From NCBI GenBank assembly GCA_964016885.1, contig OZ024748.1, forward strand, positions 15,252,001 to 15,316,000: a DNA stretch of 64,000 nt. The letters are read 5' to 3'. Below the pieces are notes generated by a model. That model saw only the letters and a program-made list of their open reading frames with translations, was not told the origin of the DNA and did not search any database. The number at the start of each line of letters is the position of its first letter. The stretch's first letter is position 1. Both the position numbers and the translations under genes were made by a program. The stretch comes from Eledone cirrhosa (lineage: Eukaryota). Below, in pieces: positions 26,363-40,495 of this stretch.

Positions 26363-27190
26363 TATATATATATACATACATATATATATATACATATATA
26401 TATATACATACATATATATATATACATACATATATATATACACATATATATATATATATATATATACACATACATATATATACTTACATATATATATACA
26501 CATACATACATATATATATATATATATACACATATATATATACATATACACATATATATATATATATACACACATATATATATACACACATATATATATA
26601 TATACACACACATATATATACACACACATATATATACACACACATATATATATATACACACATATATATATATATACACACATATATATATATATACACA
26701 TATATATATACACATATATATATACACATATATATATACACATATATATACACATATATATATATATACACACACATATATATACACATATATATATACA
26801 CATATATATATACACATATATATATACACATATATATATACACATATATATATACACATATATATACACATATATATATACACATATATATACACATATA
26901 TATATACACATATATATATACACATATATATATACACATATATATATACACATATATATACACATATATATATATATACACACACATATATATATATACA
27001 CACATATATATATATATACACACATATATATATACACACATATATACACACACATATATATATATATACACACACATATATATATATATACACACACACA
27101 TATATATACGCACACACATATATATATGCACACATATATATATATATATACATACATAAATATGTGTGTATGTGTGTGTATATATATATA
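26177..27190. repeat. Compound (TA)n/(CA)n microsatellite of about 1 kb
   Basis: Repeating (TA)4-7CACA units. Source of the 330-aa and 353-aa YI/CV ORFs. Confidence 0.97.
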
Positions 27191-27338
27191 GATCAAATTA
27201 GTCTTAGAGCACTCAGTGAATATATGTAGCAATTGCATGATTTAAGATGTACCTTGTGAGGTTCATATGAATCTTGTTAACACATATACACACACACATA
27301 TACATACATACACATTCATATGTATGTATGTGTGCATC

Positions 27339-27400
<62 letters not shown>

Positions 27401-28870
27401 AGTTTGTATATGTGGGCGTGTATGTACATATTTACAGATTATTGATCAGTAATTTTAGTATATTGCATATTAATTAATGATTTATATTCCAAGAACATAA
27501 TACATAGATTGTTGATTATTAGTTTTCAACTGGAAGGCACCAATTATTTAGATAAACCAAATAAGAAAAAGGAAAAATGGCATTAGCCATTGTTCACAAT
27601 TCTCCTTGGCTTGTCTCAGATCAAATTTGTAGAGTAATTATAAATAAAGTTATCTTAATACAAAAATAATATATAAAACTAGTGGACTCGTGCCATCAAT
27701 AATAATGGCAATAGTCTTGAACATATTTTTGGAGTCCAGGATTTGTATGCCATATACACCAGGATTACTTGATATATGAACAATTAAACATAATAGGAAA
27801 TTAACGTTTTCATATATTAATGGTTTGCATGAGAGAAACCCTATAGTTTATGTTGGTTACTGACATGTTGAGGTGATTAAAGATAAGAATAAAATTTCAG
27901 TAATTTATTTCTAAGATATAATTATGTAAATATTCAGCATATATGCACAAATTACATACAGGGTTAACATTTATGAGTAATTTTGGAGAAATAACTATTT
28001 ACAGGCCACAACCCTGGACCATGTGATGAGACAACAAACATCTTACTGAAGAAACAAGGTGACGATAGGAAATGTATTGTGTTTATGAACTTTAAAGAGT
28101 TATGAACAGATATATATCTTGCTAGCATCGAAAGTAAATATTAAAACAACGATGATATATATGCATTTACAATAAACATATTTTTTTCACACATCATGAT
28201 GGAATGTTTAAAATGTATTTCTATTTCATCATTTTAAAATAATCTAAAGGTAATGACAGGATGAAGATATTAAGGAGAATGACAGAAAGAGGGCACTTGA
28301 AACATTTACCCCTTGGCAACCCCCTATCTGTATAAGGATTATTTTCACAATCTTCCAAATCAATGGATCTAACATAATCACTTGAAAATCCCATTCAATT
28401 GTTCTATTAAGAGACAAAAATTATTTCATATGCCTAAAATCTAATTCTTAAGGTTTAAAAATATTTCAGTAATTACACCAACCTTTAGGACATTGAAAAA
28501 ATAAATTAAGGAAATAAAAAAACAAAACAAAGTGACTTTCAACAAGTACAAAAAAAGCTAATAAAAATAAAACAATTTCAGAATTAGATTAAATTTAGTT
28601 ACGAAAGGATTGCAAATCGATGTTAATAAGGAATATTAAATTTTCCAAATATATTTCACTTAATTCAAGCAAATCATAACAAATTTTTTTTTTAATCAAA
28701 ATAGTTTAAAGTTGTCATATTGCTAAAGATTGCTCCTATGCATGTAAAATATAAAATATAAGTAGGTGTGTTTCAGCATGTGTGTTTCAAATATGTGAAT
28801 ATAACGTTTTTACGTGTGTGTGTGTGTGTAGTCAATTTGTGGTCAGGAGGTTAGGGTGTTAAATTCACAA

Positions 28871-29550
28871 TCATCATCATCATCATCACCGTTTTATGTC
28901 CGTTCTTCCACGCTAGCATGGGTTAGACGTGTTGTCTTGTTGTGGGCAGTGTCTGGTCGGCTGACCATGCCTTGCTAATACAAGAACTGATTTGGCTTGA
29001 TTTCTACAGCTGGATGCCCTTCCTAACACCAACCTCATTTACAATGAGTGCTGGGTGCTTTTTCGTGGCGTCTACACGTCCACTTTACAGTGTGGGCTGG
29101 GTGCTTTTTTGCCGTGGCACCTCCACGACCACCTTGCGGTGGGGGGTGTGGGGGCATATTGTCTATATGCTTCAGCTTGTATCCATGGGAGGTCGGGTAC
29201 TCTATATTACTGCGTAACGCCAGAGGTCACGGTTGTGTGTCATCGCCTTTGAGAGGTGTAATTGGGTAACGTCGGCTTTTATCACCTCATCCCAGGTCAT
29301 CTTGGGTCTCCCCACTCCGCAGCTTCCATCGACTTCTAGTGCTCTGCACCTTTCTATGCAGCTGTCATCCTTCATACGCATCACATGTCCATACCAACGC
29401 AACCGCCTCTCCTGCACACAGCATTTGATTCCTCTTATGCTCAGTCTTTCTCTCAATTCATTTATGCTTTGTCGTTCGCGTATATTCCTGTTACACATCC
29501 ATCGGAGCATGCAGGCTTCGTTTCTCTCTAATCTACATAAGTCTTCCACC
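28871..29550 (-). mobile_element. RTE-clade LINE 3' fragment, related to 21863-23690
   Basis: Intact C-terminal ORF (RLERNE…ERRLRWYGHVMRM…GRPKMTW), 3' UTR and (GAT)n tail. Confidence 0.92.
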
Positions 29551-30371
29551 TTCAGTCATAAGTTTATAAGTAGCACATTGCTTTCTATAATAGGACCGGG
29601 TGTCTTATCATTAAAACATCCAAGAAACCTCTTATGAGATGCAAAGTCGTAGAAGGTCATCTAAAATCGGCATATGTGTGAGCTGTGAATTTCATTTTTC
29701 AATTTTCATTTGCAATTTAGCTTTGGTGCCACGAGGAAATGAAAACATTGAAATCCCTGAGGGCAATAAATTCAGAGATAGGTAAAATGTGATAAAACCA
29801 TTTTACTGATTGGCAATAATTCATTCCACAAACACACTACAATCCCTCAATGACACACACAGCTTCCTGCATTTGCCATTTCTATTGTTACGGCAAATTA
29901 GCAGAGGGATTGAAACATCAGATAGAAAACTTCAAGGTATTTCTCTTTGCACTGAGTTCAAATCCTACCATGGTCAACTTTAGATTTTATCATCTGAAGT
30001 TCAATACATAAAGTACAGATACACTACTTTGGTTAATTCGTCTTTTTCTCTGTCTCACTCACTCACTTTTTCTCGTGAAAAAAGAATAGTTGTGTTCAAA
30101 TCTGAGGGTTTGTAGATCCAAACGATAAATCAAACTTCCCTTTTATGAACTTCCATTTTATGATACAACAACAACAAGCATTTTAAGACTATTTTCTATT
30201 TATACTTATCATGGGATATTTTGGAGGGCAATGATTTACAGCCAGATGCCCTTCCTAGCACAAACCTTTTTAGTTGTTTTTCATAATGTACCTTATATTT
30301 TGATGTGAGGTTTTGTTGATCCAGTAAATAAATTACATATAGGTTTTACATGTCATATATTCATGGGAAAA

Positions 30372-30478
30372 TAATTGTTTCTACTTTTGGCACAAGGCCA
30401 GCAATTACCCAGTACATTACTGGTACATTATTTTATCGACCCTGTAAGGATGAAAGGCAAAGTTAACCTCAGCAAGTT
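30372..30478 (-). mobile_element. SINE family A, 5'-truncated, with a 22-bp target-site duplication
   Basis: CATATATTCATGGRAAAATAAT at 30354-30375 and 30481-30502. Confidence 0.85.
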
Positions 30479-30557
30479 AACATATATTCATGGAAAAATA
30501 ATGCAGCTTATACATGAGCTCATTTGGTAATTAATTAAGAAACATGATAATATATAT

Positions 30558-30690
30558 AGGTGCAGGCATGGTTCTGGTATCAGTACTGCTATATGGCATC
30601 TTGTAGTAAACGTATTTTAATATAACTTCAGGCTAACCAATGCCTTATGAGTGAAATTTGCTAAACAGAAATTGCAGAAACCTATTATAT
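30558..30690 (+). mobile_element. SINE family B, diverged
   Basis: Similar to 63376-63545. Another relative lies near 13950-14060. Confidence 0.55.
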
Positions 30691-31350
30691 ACATGCATAG
30701 ATGTGTGCGTGTGTATGTATCCTGCTTATCCAACCTATGCAAGCATGGAAAAGCAGATGTAAAAGAATAAGTGTGTGTGTGTCCTCAACCTAACAGTTCA
30801 ACAAAAAATAAAATAAATTGAATAAAAAAAAAATAGATAAAATAATTAGTGGAAGCATTATGACCGACTAAATCAAGGTAGTGCATCAGCCTGGCCATAG
30901 TCTAATGACTGAAACCAGAAACAGAATAAAGGAACAGGCAAATAAGACAAAAATACACACTTAAAAATTGTATGATAAATAGGACCGAGAAAGAAAGATT
31001 GAATTTGTAAAAATTATTCAACATCTTAAAACTAAAGGAAGAAAAAGATAATTGAATGTCAGAAAGTAATAAATTAGAAATGGTATAATTTTCTAATGTA
31101 AATCTTTTTATTAATATAAGATTACTGTGCATGTGTGTTTGAGAGTGTGTGTGTGTGTATTTGTGTGTTTCCCTTTCAATGACAAGAATGTTTATAGATT
31201 AGTATTAGAGAGCACTTCCTTTTATGAAATGTTATCGGTAGACATCTGGTCTCTATACTAAATCCCTTTATAATGAAGCAAATATAGAATTCTTCAACAA
31301 TACTTAAATGAATTAGTTTTATAATTTAAATATCATACACATGCAAACAT

Positions 31351-31390
<40 letters not shown>

Positions 31391-31672
31391 GAATGTATAT
31401 ATATACATACACACACAAATATAATATATATATATAAATATATATATATATGAATGAATGCACACATATGGTTTCTAATGAACATAATTTATAGAGTATT
31501 CCTTCTTTAATATATATGTATGAGAGTATATGTGTGTGTCCCTTCAACAACATTATTGCCATTATCTTAAGAATTACTTTAGAAGATAAATTGCTGAACT
31601 ACAGCACCATATGGTCATATGTTCATACCATACCATGTTACAAACCCTCCTAGTAACACAACATCAGATCAA

Positions 31673-31865
31673 ACCATTAAAATGGTGAATTGACTGAGTT
31701 TTAAGATGGTAGGACAAAATACCATTAAAGTAGTCAATTGTTTGAGTTATCAGATAAGACAAAATAGCATTAAATTAGTGAATTGACTTAGTTATTAGAA
31801 GGTAGGACAATATACCATTGAATCAGTGAACTGACTTAGTTATCAGATGGTAGGATAACATACCT
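31673..31865. repeat. Minisatellite of about 48 bp, 4 copies
   Basis: Unit approximately ACCATTAAATTAGTGAATTGACTTAGTTATCAGATGGTAGGACAAAAT. Confidence 0.8.
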
Positions 31866-31889
31866 TATGGTATTTATGTAAAACAAAAA

Positions 31890-32248
31890 TGCCAACACAG
31901 TCAAACATTCCTGACAAAGTCTCTCCATTGTAAAAGACATAAACCAGCATCAACGTATTACAAATGAAAGTTTATATGGAAACTTGCTCAAGGTAATAAT
32001 TACAATTGTTCAAAGATGGTTACGATTTGCAGCACATTGCTGGAAAAATAAGCAAGAAGCTATACATTAGCTACTATTGTGGGAACCAACTCATGAGAGA
32101 CACAATAGAGGAAGACCTGCTTGAACACTCATCAATCAATTTGTAGACAATACAAATCTCAGTAGGGAGCAATTGCCAGGAGTAATAGAAAATCATAAAT
32201 TATGGAGAGACTTTGTCAGGAATGTTTGACTGTGTTGGCAATAATGAT
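31890..32248 (+). mobile_element. RTE-like LINE 3' fragment bracketed by a perfect 39-bp inverted repeat
   Basis: Decayed LYGNL…QRWLRFAAHCW…LLLWEPTH…RGRPA peptide. Positions 31890-31928 are the reverse complement of 32202-32240. Confidence 0.8.
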
Positions 32249-32289
32249 TCATTTTGGCTCTTTGCATCCTATGTACTTGGGTTGTATAC

Positions 32290-32465
32290 TTAATCAGTCA
32301 GTTAAACTGACTCCAGTATGTTGTCAGTTATTTTATTTTATTGAATCCAACAGAATTGAAAAGCAAAGCTGACCAGGGTGGGATCTGAAATCAGAATGTA
32401 AAGAACCAGAACAAATACTGCAAGGAAATTTGTCCAATACTCTAACAATTCTGCTAATCCACTCT
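32290..32465 (-). mobile_element. SINE family A, diverged
   Basis: GAAAAGCAAAGCTGACC…GGATCTGAAATCAGAATGTAAAG. Confidence 0.6.
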
Positions 32466-35202
32466 ACCAATTCTAAGGTTTAATAACAACATAAAAGACA
32501 TCAGTAAAATGACCGCTGTTGTTGCTGCTGCTACTACATATGATGATGATGATGATGATGATTGTCACTCTAATGAAGATAGCAATTATTTTATGAGTAA
32601 AATATTACCATACTGTCGGTGTTGATTAAAATGTTGATAATCTAGATGAAGATGATAATGGTGATAATAAAATAGTCTTTACTATCACTGACCATAATTA
32701 CAGTGACAATAAAATAATCAGTAAAATATGATACGGGTCTGGACCAGATCTTGTTTCCAATTCACAACAGCAACAGTTTCTAATCAATAATATAAAACAG
32801 TCTTGAATTAATTAATTGCACTTTTAACTGTTGCTAGTTCGTAAGCAAGCTGCCATGTGTTTTATTTTTATTTGTTTAATACTCTGCAGTCTGTTGCTCA
32901 TAAGATTCAAATAACTTCGACTAACATGCATAATTCACAATTGGGGAAAAAAAAAATGAAAAATCATCTTTTAGAGCAATAATTTTGTTAATTACTTTAG
33001 AGTTGGTATTTTTATATTTTCATAATTTCTGTTTGTTTACCTATAGATTTTTAATTTCAATAAATGGACAGGAGACTAAACCCTGTTCAATTACTGACTA
33101 TATTCATTTGTTTTTTTTTTTTTTATTGATGATTAATTAAATAATTTCATTAAAGTTAGAAATTTAGATAATGAAAATGACAATATTATTAATCCTTTTC
33201 ATACCAGTCCACCCGAGACCACCTCTGATTCTATGACAAAACTGTCCATTTAAAACTAAATTCATGTTTATATTGATCCTTCTATTGTAATTTTATGAAG
33301 GAAATTTTTGTTAATTCAAATTTGAAAGACCAGCTTAACCATTTCTTTACCATATTTCTAATGAAAGACAGTGCCTATGGTTTTCAAATAATATTGAAAA
33401 TATTCAAGAATATAGAAAGATTAATAATATATAAAGTCCGTCTTGAGCATGGAAGCTCATTTTCAATATGAAATGAAGGGTTTTGTTCAAGAAAACAATA
33501 CACAACCCAGTCCTGGAGTCGAACCCATGACATTATGATCATAAGTGCAACACCCTTACCACTAGGCCACATGCCTCCAATTAAAGGATCTTCCATAAAA
33601 ATCATAAAATCCACACATCTAATCAGTGAGCACCTAAATCACTGTTTTAAGAGAAAATGTAAACAAATATTACCACATGTTCTAGAAAGAATGTGAAGGG
33701 AAGAAACACACACACACACAACAAGCTTTGTTAAAGTTTTCATTTACTAAATTCACTCCAGTGGCATTGGTTGACATGAGGCTGTTGTAAAAGTCCATCA
33801 TAATTTTATGCGAAAACCTTTTATGTTCTAAGACCAACTTAATGAAAAAATTATATTACTAAATCTCTCAAATTTCCTGCTTATTTTCAAGATTATTTGA
33901 AGATCATAAGCAGTGTTTTCAAAAGAAATATTAAAATAATAGGGTTAAGATACTTGGTTTAAAAAAGCATTTGGTGTGTTGCGGATAATCCTTTCTATTG
34001 AAATACACTATTTTAATTAATTAATTAATAATTTCGAGAGATTTACTAAAATGAGATAGTAAATTGATGTAAGGTACTTATATAAAATTATGTTAAATTC
34101 TAATTTAAATTGCGTGGTTTAATTTCACAAAAACAGAGACACTTCTTGTCGGGTTGGTAACTAAAGGGTTAAACATCACTACCTGGATATAAAGCAAGTG
34201 ATTGATATTCTCAACTACCATATGCTTTTGGTTATTCATTTTATCTTATATAAAAGACAGACATGTGTGACACATATAATCAGTTAAAGATAAATATGTT
34301 CAAACAACAGGTACCATGTCAATGCTTGGAAACCTCTTCCTGAAAAGGATTTGTGTTACTCAAAGATAAAAACAAAATAAATATAGCATTATAAAGAGAT
34401 TTGAGAGAGAAAATCTCTTCTAAGGTTTAATCTTCTCAGATAGAGATATTTTGAATAGTATTTTTTGAGAAAATCTGATTTAAAAACAGGCTTCTTTGGC
34501 ATCATTTCATTCCTTCTTTTATCACATTTCCATATTTCACTCCTTTATCATGATTCCTATTTTCTTTTTTTCATTTCAGTGACTTTTACCTTCTCTATCT
34601 GTTATCTCTCTCCTACTCCTATTTATTTATATATTTATCTATTAGTCTCTATATCTCTCTGTGATATCTTTCTCCATTCATTCTACCTTGTTATTTTTCT
34701 ATAACTAACACAAAAACATATACACTCTCTCACATACACCCTCACATATATGTGTAGAATATTCTATAATCAACATACACATGTATATATATATATATAT
34801 ATACATATTTTCTCTAGCCAACACATACACATACTTGTACATTTACACTACCTATTGCTTGTAAATCTTGAAGATAATTAAGAAATTGGAGGGTTTGAAT
34901 AATATAACTAGCTTCCTCATTATTAAGTTGCTGTTTGGAGTATAACTTAACAAAAGTCTACACATAAAATTATGACGGAAGTGTTTTAGGTAGATATAAA
35001 CACTTTAAAATACATAGCCTTGTATTATAGAACCAGGGGTAGTTCCAGGTGGTTCCATATGCTTCTGCCATAACCAAAATTAAATTTTTCTCAATTCCCT
35101 TTCCAGAATAACTAAATTCATAAATCTAAATGTGAAAAACTTTATATTTAGATTTCAATATATACATTTTTTTTCAATCTAGACTTCGCTAACTGTATTG
35201 CT

Positions 35203-35495
35203 TAACCTTTTAGCATTTAAACCGGCTGTATCCGGCCAGAATTCTCTCACCTCTTTTGTTCAAACAAGCCACTCATACTGATGTTAAGGTATTGTTCTCA
35301 AAATAATTACTCAGTGCATTACTGGTACTTTATTTTATCGACCCCGTAAGGATGAAAGGCAAAGTTAACCTCAGCGGGATTTGAACTCAGTCCGCAAAGC
35401 ATGGCGTCCGACCCTCAACCGATACTGCCAATTCACTACCTTTACTGTGAAAATATAATACTATATAGAGAGTAATGTAAATGCTAAATGGTTAA
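35203..35495 (+). mobile_element. TTAA-flanked MITE, family 2, containing a SINE A fragment (about 35310-35440, minus)
   Basis: TTAACCTTTTAGCATTTA…TAAATGCTAAATGGTTAA termini. An uninterrupted copy lies at 38358-38573. Confidence 0.75.
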
Positions 35496-35733
35496 TCATG
35501 GTTATTTGAAGGGGAAGATGGTGAGCAGGGTGATCTAAATGTAATTGAACAATTAACAAGTATTTTATTAACTTGTAGTTTTAACCTAAACTACCTCAAC
35601 ATAAAACTCTTCTAGCTTTAGGTTGATTTAATCAATAAATAGGAAGGAAGACAGCAATGGAGAGTTAAGAAGGCAACCACTAATGATCTCTCCCCCTCTT
35701 CTTCACATACACACACCCATTCTCCCCCCCCCC

Positions 35734-35768
<35 letters not shown>

Positions 35769-36274
35769 CACACACACCTTTCCAGTTTTTATATTTGAAA
35801 ACGAGTTTATATATGTGTGTGTATATATATATATATATTACTCACTATATATGTGTATATACAGGTGGTTTTTAAAATATAGCAATAAGTGAAATGGTAC
35901 AAGATTCACATACAATAGAAAAAATGTATATGTGTATGTGTTATACACACATATATATATATATTATACACACACATGCATAACGAAGTAGAGAGATAAA
36001 TGTATTAATTAAAAATTAGATTAAATGCCCTTCAGGAGTTAAATGCTTTTTTTCCTTTCATTACTTCTACATTTGCTACTATATTTTACATAACTTTAAT
36101 TTATTTTATTTATACATTTCCCTAAAACAAATCCAACAAATTTTGTTTTTTAAAGGATTTTTAACCAAGAAATTTTTTAACCATTTTGATACCAACACAC
36201 CAGCTAGCCAGTATCTGGAAGATATGGGGTTCAAATCCTCATAGTAGTTGATGACAACTTCTTTTTTTGTCTTT

Positions 36275-36485
36275 TAACCCTTTACCATTTACCTTACTCT
36301 ATATATACTATTGTATTTTCTTCTCAAGGTTTTATCTCATATAATATCGAATATTTGAGATTTTGATATTATTCATTTTGAGGACAATACCTTAACATCA
36401 GTATGAGTGGCCAGTTACTGGTTTGAACAGAAAGAGGTGAGAGAATTCTGGCCAGATATATCTGGTTTAAATGCTAAAAGGTGAA
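36275..36485 (-). mobile_element. TTAA-flanked MITE, family 2, inverted copy
   Basis: Reverse complement of the 35203 and 38358 copies (GAGGTGAGAGAATTCTGGCC…). Confidence 0.75.
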
Positions 36486-37004
36486 GGCTCTTCACCCTAT
36501 TTTAAATCTATTTTATAACATCCCTGTGCATCATCTTTTACATTAACTCTATATTCCCAGTGCTTAAAATCCCTAGAGATCAGCTACATATATAATTTGT
36601 TTACAAAACTGTTTATATTTACTTCTAAAACCTATCAATGTTATGTAAGAAGAATTCTAATATTATGCTCCCAACACAAACTGAGAAAGATTGTTTTATT
36701 ACCAAGTCTCTCCTAATTTTTAATTATATTCAAAATTAATTGCAAACCATAAGCAATTTGTTTCATTAGAAATCTCATAGCAGAAATGTTAAACTATTTT
36801 AAATTCAGGATCTGTTATTCTTCATACAGTTCTGTTAAAATATTCAATGACAATTATACGTTATAGCAAAATTAATTATGTAATTATAATTTCCTGGTAA
36901 TCGCCATTCTCCATATCTTTTAAAATTGACATGTGTCTATTACATAGAAAGGATCATATTGACAAGGGAGGAACGCGCGTGTGTGTGTGTGTGTGTGTGT
37001 GTCT

Positions 37005-37062
<58 letters not shown>

Positions 37063-37439
37063 AGAGGATGACACTTTAAAGAGTTCAAGATGTATCCACA
37101 ATCAGGTCCCTTGCCAATATGTAATTGACAACTGCGTCTCCGAGTGTGTCAAACCTTTACTTCAATGTCTAATCAGGAGTCTAATATGTGTATGTGTGAG
37201 TTTCTTGTGTTTTGTGATCATGCTGTGTATGTGGATGTATGTATGTATATATGTATAATGTGTGTGTTTGTGAATGCATGCATAAGTAGAAACACACACA
37301 CACATGCCAACACATACACATAAGGATGCATCACCATTTGCATGTTTATATATATGTTAATGTAATCCCATCCAACTCATGCCAGTATAGAAAAGTCAAC
37401 ATATAAATGATGATGATGATGATATATATCTATATATCT

Positions 37440-37470
<31 letters not shown>

Positions 37471-37889
37471 ATATATAAATATATTATTTATACTCCAGTC
37501 CTATAAACTGTGGAGTGCTACTTATCCGATATTTGCATTGCTTTATTGTGCTTCAATAAAACTCACCTCCTACATATATATATATATATATATGCATACA
37601 AATATACACATATCTGTATACTGAAAATAGGATGACATTTAGCTTCCATTTAGAAAACGAAATTAATGTGGTATATAAATCTTATTGCTTTTATTAGGAT
37701 GTAAAAAGCAATTTACAACACATTTTGACATTGTTTCTCTGATCAGGGAGAAAAAACAAACTTTCTAGATATTTCTGATTCTGTTTGATGATAAATACAC
37801 AACAGTAGGATCATTACATTATCATCTAAAATTAGGCTGTACAATGTTGTTTAAGACAAAACGGATGTTAAATGAAGATGATCATGCTA

Positions 37890-38023
37890 TGTGTGTATGT
37901 GTGTACGTATGTACGTATGTATGTACGTATGTATGTACGTACGTATGTGTGTACGTATGTGTGTACGTATGTGTGTACGTATGTGTGTACGTATGTGTGT
38001 ACGTATGTGTGTACGTATGTGTG
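37890..38023. repeat. 12-bp tandem repeat (GTACGTATGTGT)n
   Basis: Directly visible. Confidence 0.9.
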
Positions 38024-38054
38024 CGTGGGGGGGGTTCTTATGTTTGTGCAAATA

Positions 38055-38220
38055 TGGTTGGTGTTTGGAAGAACATCCAGCTATACAAAAAAACCCGTCA
38101 GACGCTTCCCTGCGAGCGAGACATGGTCTCCCGACTATTCCTGCATCAAATGGAACAAAACCGTCTAACCCATGCCAGCGTGGAAGACAGACGTTAAACG
38201 ATGATGACGATGATGATGAG
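38055..38220 (+). mobile_element. Short element sharing the RTE 3' end and (GAT)n tail
   Basis: …AACCCATGCCAGCGTGGAAGACAGACGTTAAACGATGATG. Relatives near 15200-15365, 25400-25448 and 37370-37420. Confidence 0.65.
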
Positions 38221-38357
38221 GTGTGAAAATATCAACTTTAAACTATATATATAAGAAAATAAGGTTTCTTTAAAAAGAAAAAAACAAAAGAAAAAATGAG
38301 ATGTCCTACACAGGTGAAAGTATAAGGAAAAGAAATTGAAAATGCACCTGGAGTCTT

Positions 38358-38573
38358 TTAACCCTTTAGTATTTAAACCGGCCATATCTTGCCAGAATTT
38401 TCTCACCTCTTTCTGTTCAAACTGGCTATAACTTGCCATGTATATATATGCTAGGGTATTGTTCTTAAAATAAATAATATCAAAATCACATAGATTCGAG
38501 ATTATGTGAGGTAAAGCCTTTACCGTGAAAATACAATAGTAAATATAAAGTAATGTAAATGCTAAAGGGTTAA
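38358..38573 (+). mobile_element. TTAA-flanked MITE, family 2, intact (piggyBac-like termini)
   Basis: TTAA-CCCTTTAGTATTTA … TAAATGCTAAAGGG-TTAA. Confidence 0.8.
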
Positions 38574-38634
38574 GAATATTTATTTATATAAATATTCTTA
38601 AAACGCTCCAGTTGCATTTTCAATTTCTTTTCCT

Positions 38635-38672
<38 letters not shown>

Positions 38673-38689
38673 TGTCATTCACATGTGAC

Positions 38690-39005
38690 AAGAGGTAGAT
38701 TGAGATGTTTAGGTCATGTATTAGGGAAAGTTGAAAATTGACTGATGGGAATAGAGACAATGATGTATGTGATGAAGAGAAATGAAATGAAATGTTTAAG
38801 TCATGTGTTGAGGAAGGATTAAAGTGATAGAAATTATTGTGGAAGGAAACAGAGAAAGAGGAAGACTAAGAACAACATAGCTAAAAATGATGGAGGAGGA
38901 AATGGAAACAAAGGGATTGGTGAAGGAAGATGCAAATGATAGGGAGAAATGGATAAGCTTGTCATGAAACCCTGCCATAACAGGGGAAATGATCTTCAAA
39001 TGCTT
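38690..39005 (+). mobile_element. Degenerate RTE-like LINE 3' fragment
   Basis: Decayed LRxxGHV…VEG.RERGR.R motifs. Confidence 0.5.
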
Positions 39006-40059
39006 ATTATTGTAGTTGACTGAATGAAGCACTTAATCTATTTTACCAACACAGATTGAATACAAATAAGTTGAGTTTAGCAATAGTTTAGTGATGACAA
39101 ATATCTGTTTATAGTTGACTGTTATAAAAACTAATCTGGTTAACTTACAGACTATAGAAAATAAACTGCTTGTAAACAAACAACCCTGTATTTGCTGAGC
39201 TTACTAAGTATTTCAGAAGAAAATAAAGATTGTCTAAAGGAGATAGCAATTTAAAGTGTGTGTATGTGTAAAAGAGATTTTATGATACAAAGAGATGAAT
39301 GATCCAAAGTATAGAAACATATAAGAGATTTGAAAGTCGAAAGATTCCATTAATCGTTTCACTTCACTTCAAAAGAGTTGCTCCAGCAAAAATGTGAAAT
39401 AATGACCATTTATCCTCTCAATATCATTGCTCAATGGAGTCAGTAACAGCATGGTGAAATGGTTAATCCTTTCATTACCATATTTCAAATGAAAGACACT
39501 GCCTGTGGTTTACAAATGATTTTGAAAATAATCAACATTTAGCAAAATAATCTAACTTTCTTACTATTAAGTTCAATATGAAATTCATCCCAAGAAATGT
39601 ACAACCACATTTCAATATTAATTCAATTTTTCTATTTAACATACAAAGAGCCTATAACAGGCAAGGTGGACCAAGTGGTGCATCAAACCACCTTCCAAAG
39701 AGCCAAAGAGGAAGGAACTTTCTCCACCATCCCTCCAGGGCCCAAAAGTATTATTTTCTGCCAGATGGATCATGAACATACAAGAGAAATGAGAAATAAC
39801 TTTAAAAGCATAGTGCAACTGAAAAGAATGAATACCAGATTTCAAAATGTAAAGGCAAATGGCCTAGTCATTAGGGTGCTGAACTCATAGTCATAAGGTG
39901 ATGTGTTCAATTCTGGGACTAGAAGGCATTTCAGCAAGACACTTCATTTTAAGTTGCCTTTCCTGATAGGATTAGGACCCTTAATAAAACATCCAAGAAA
40001 TCTATGAGACCCAACCCCATAAGAGGCCAACAAAATCTGTAAAGATGTCTTCTTCCTAA

Positions 40060-40495
40060 CCTACTTATTCCTGAGAAGGTTGTGGGTCAGAGTCCTCAAA
40101 CACCCCTAGTAGATCCTATCACAGCAACTGTCACTAACTGATCCAGCTTGATCCCCAGGCAAGACCAGCCGAGCTCATGGATGTTATTTAACCATCTTGC
40201 TCGGAGTATACCCCTGGGTCACCTCCTGGTTGGTTCTGCCCATAAAATCTGTCCAGTGATTCTTTCCTGAGACATTCTAACCACATACCCATAGTATCAG
40301 AGCTATGATCTCCCAACTGGGAAAAGTAGCAGCTCTACCTGGAGTGAGTCTCTGATATCTGAACTATGCACTCTATCGAGTGATGTTACTCAAAAGACCC
40401 TTCAGAGTAACCTCATTTTGGCCGCTTGTATTCACGATCATATTCTTTCTGTCGTTATCCAAGATTTAAGACCATAGGCAAGGGTTGGGAGTAGG
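40060..40495 (-). mobile_element. RTE-clade LINE fragment (second family)
   Basis: Decayed coding motifs (IQAAKMRLL…, YGYVVRMSQER…, RRxPRG..RARW), homologous to 12935-13135. Confidence 0.7.

Noticed and set aside
26161-27238. Long 330-aa, 353-aa and 215-aa ORFs
   Set aside because: Translations of a TA/CA microsatellite, which lacks stop codons by composition.
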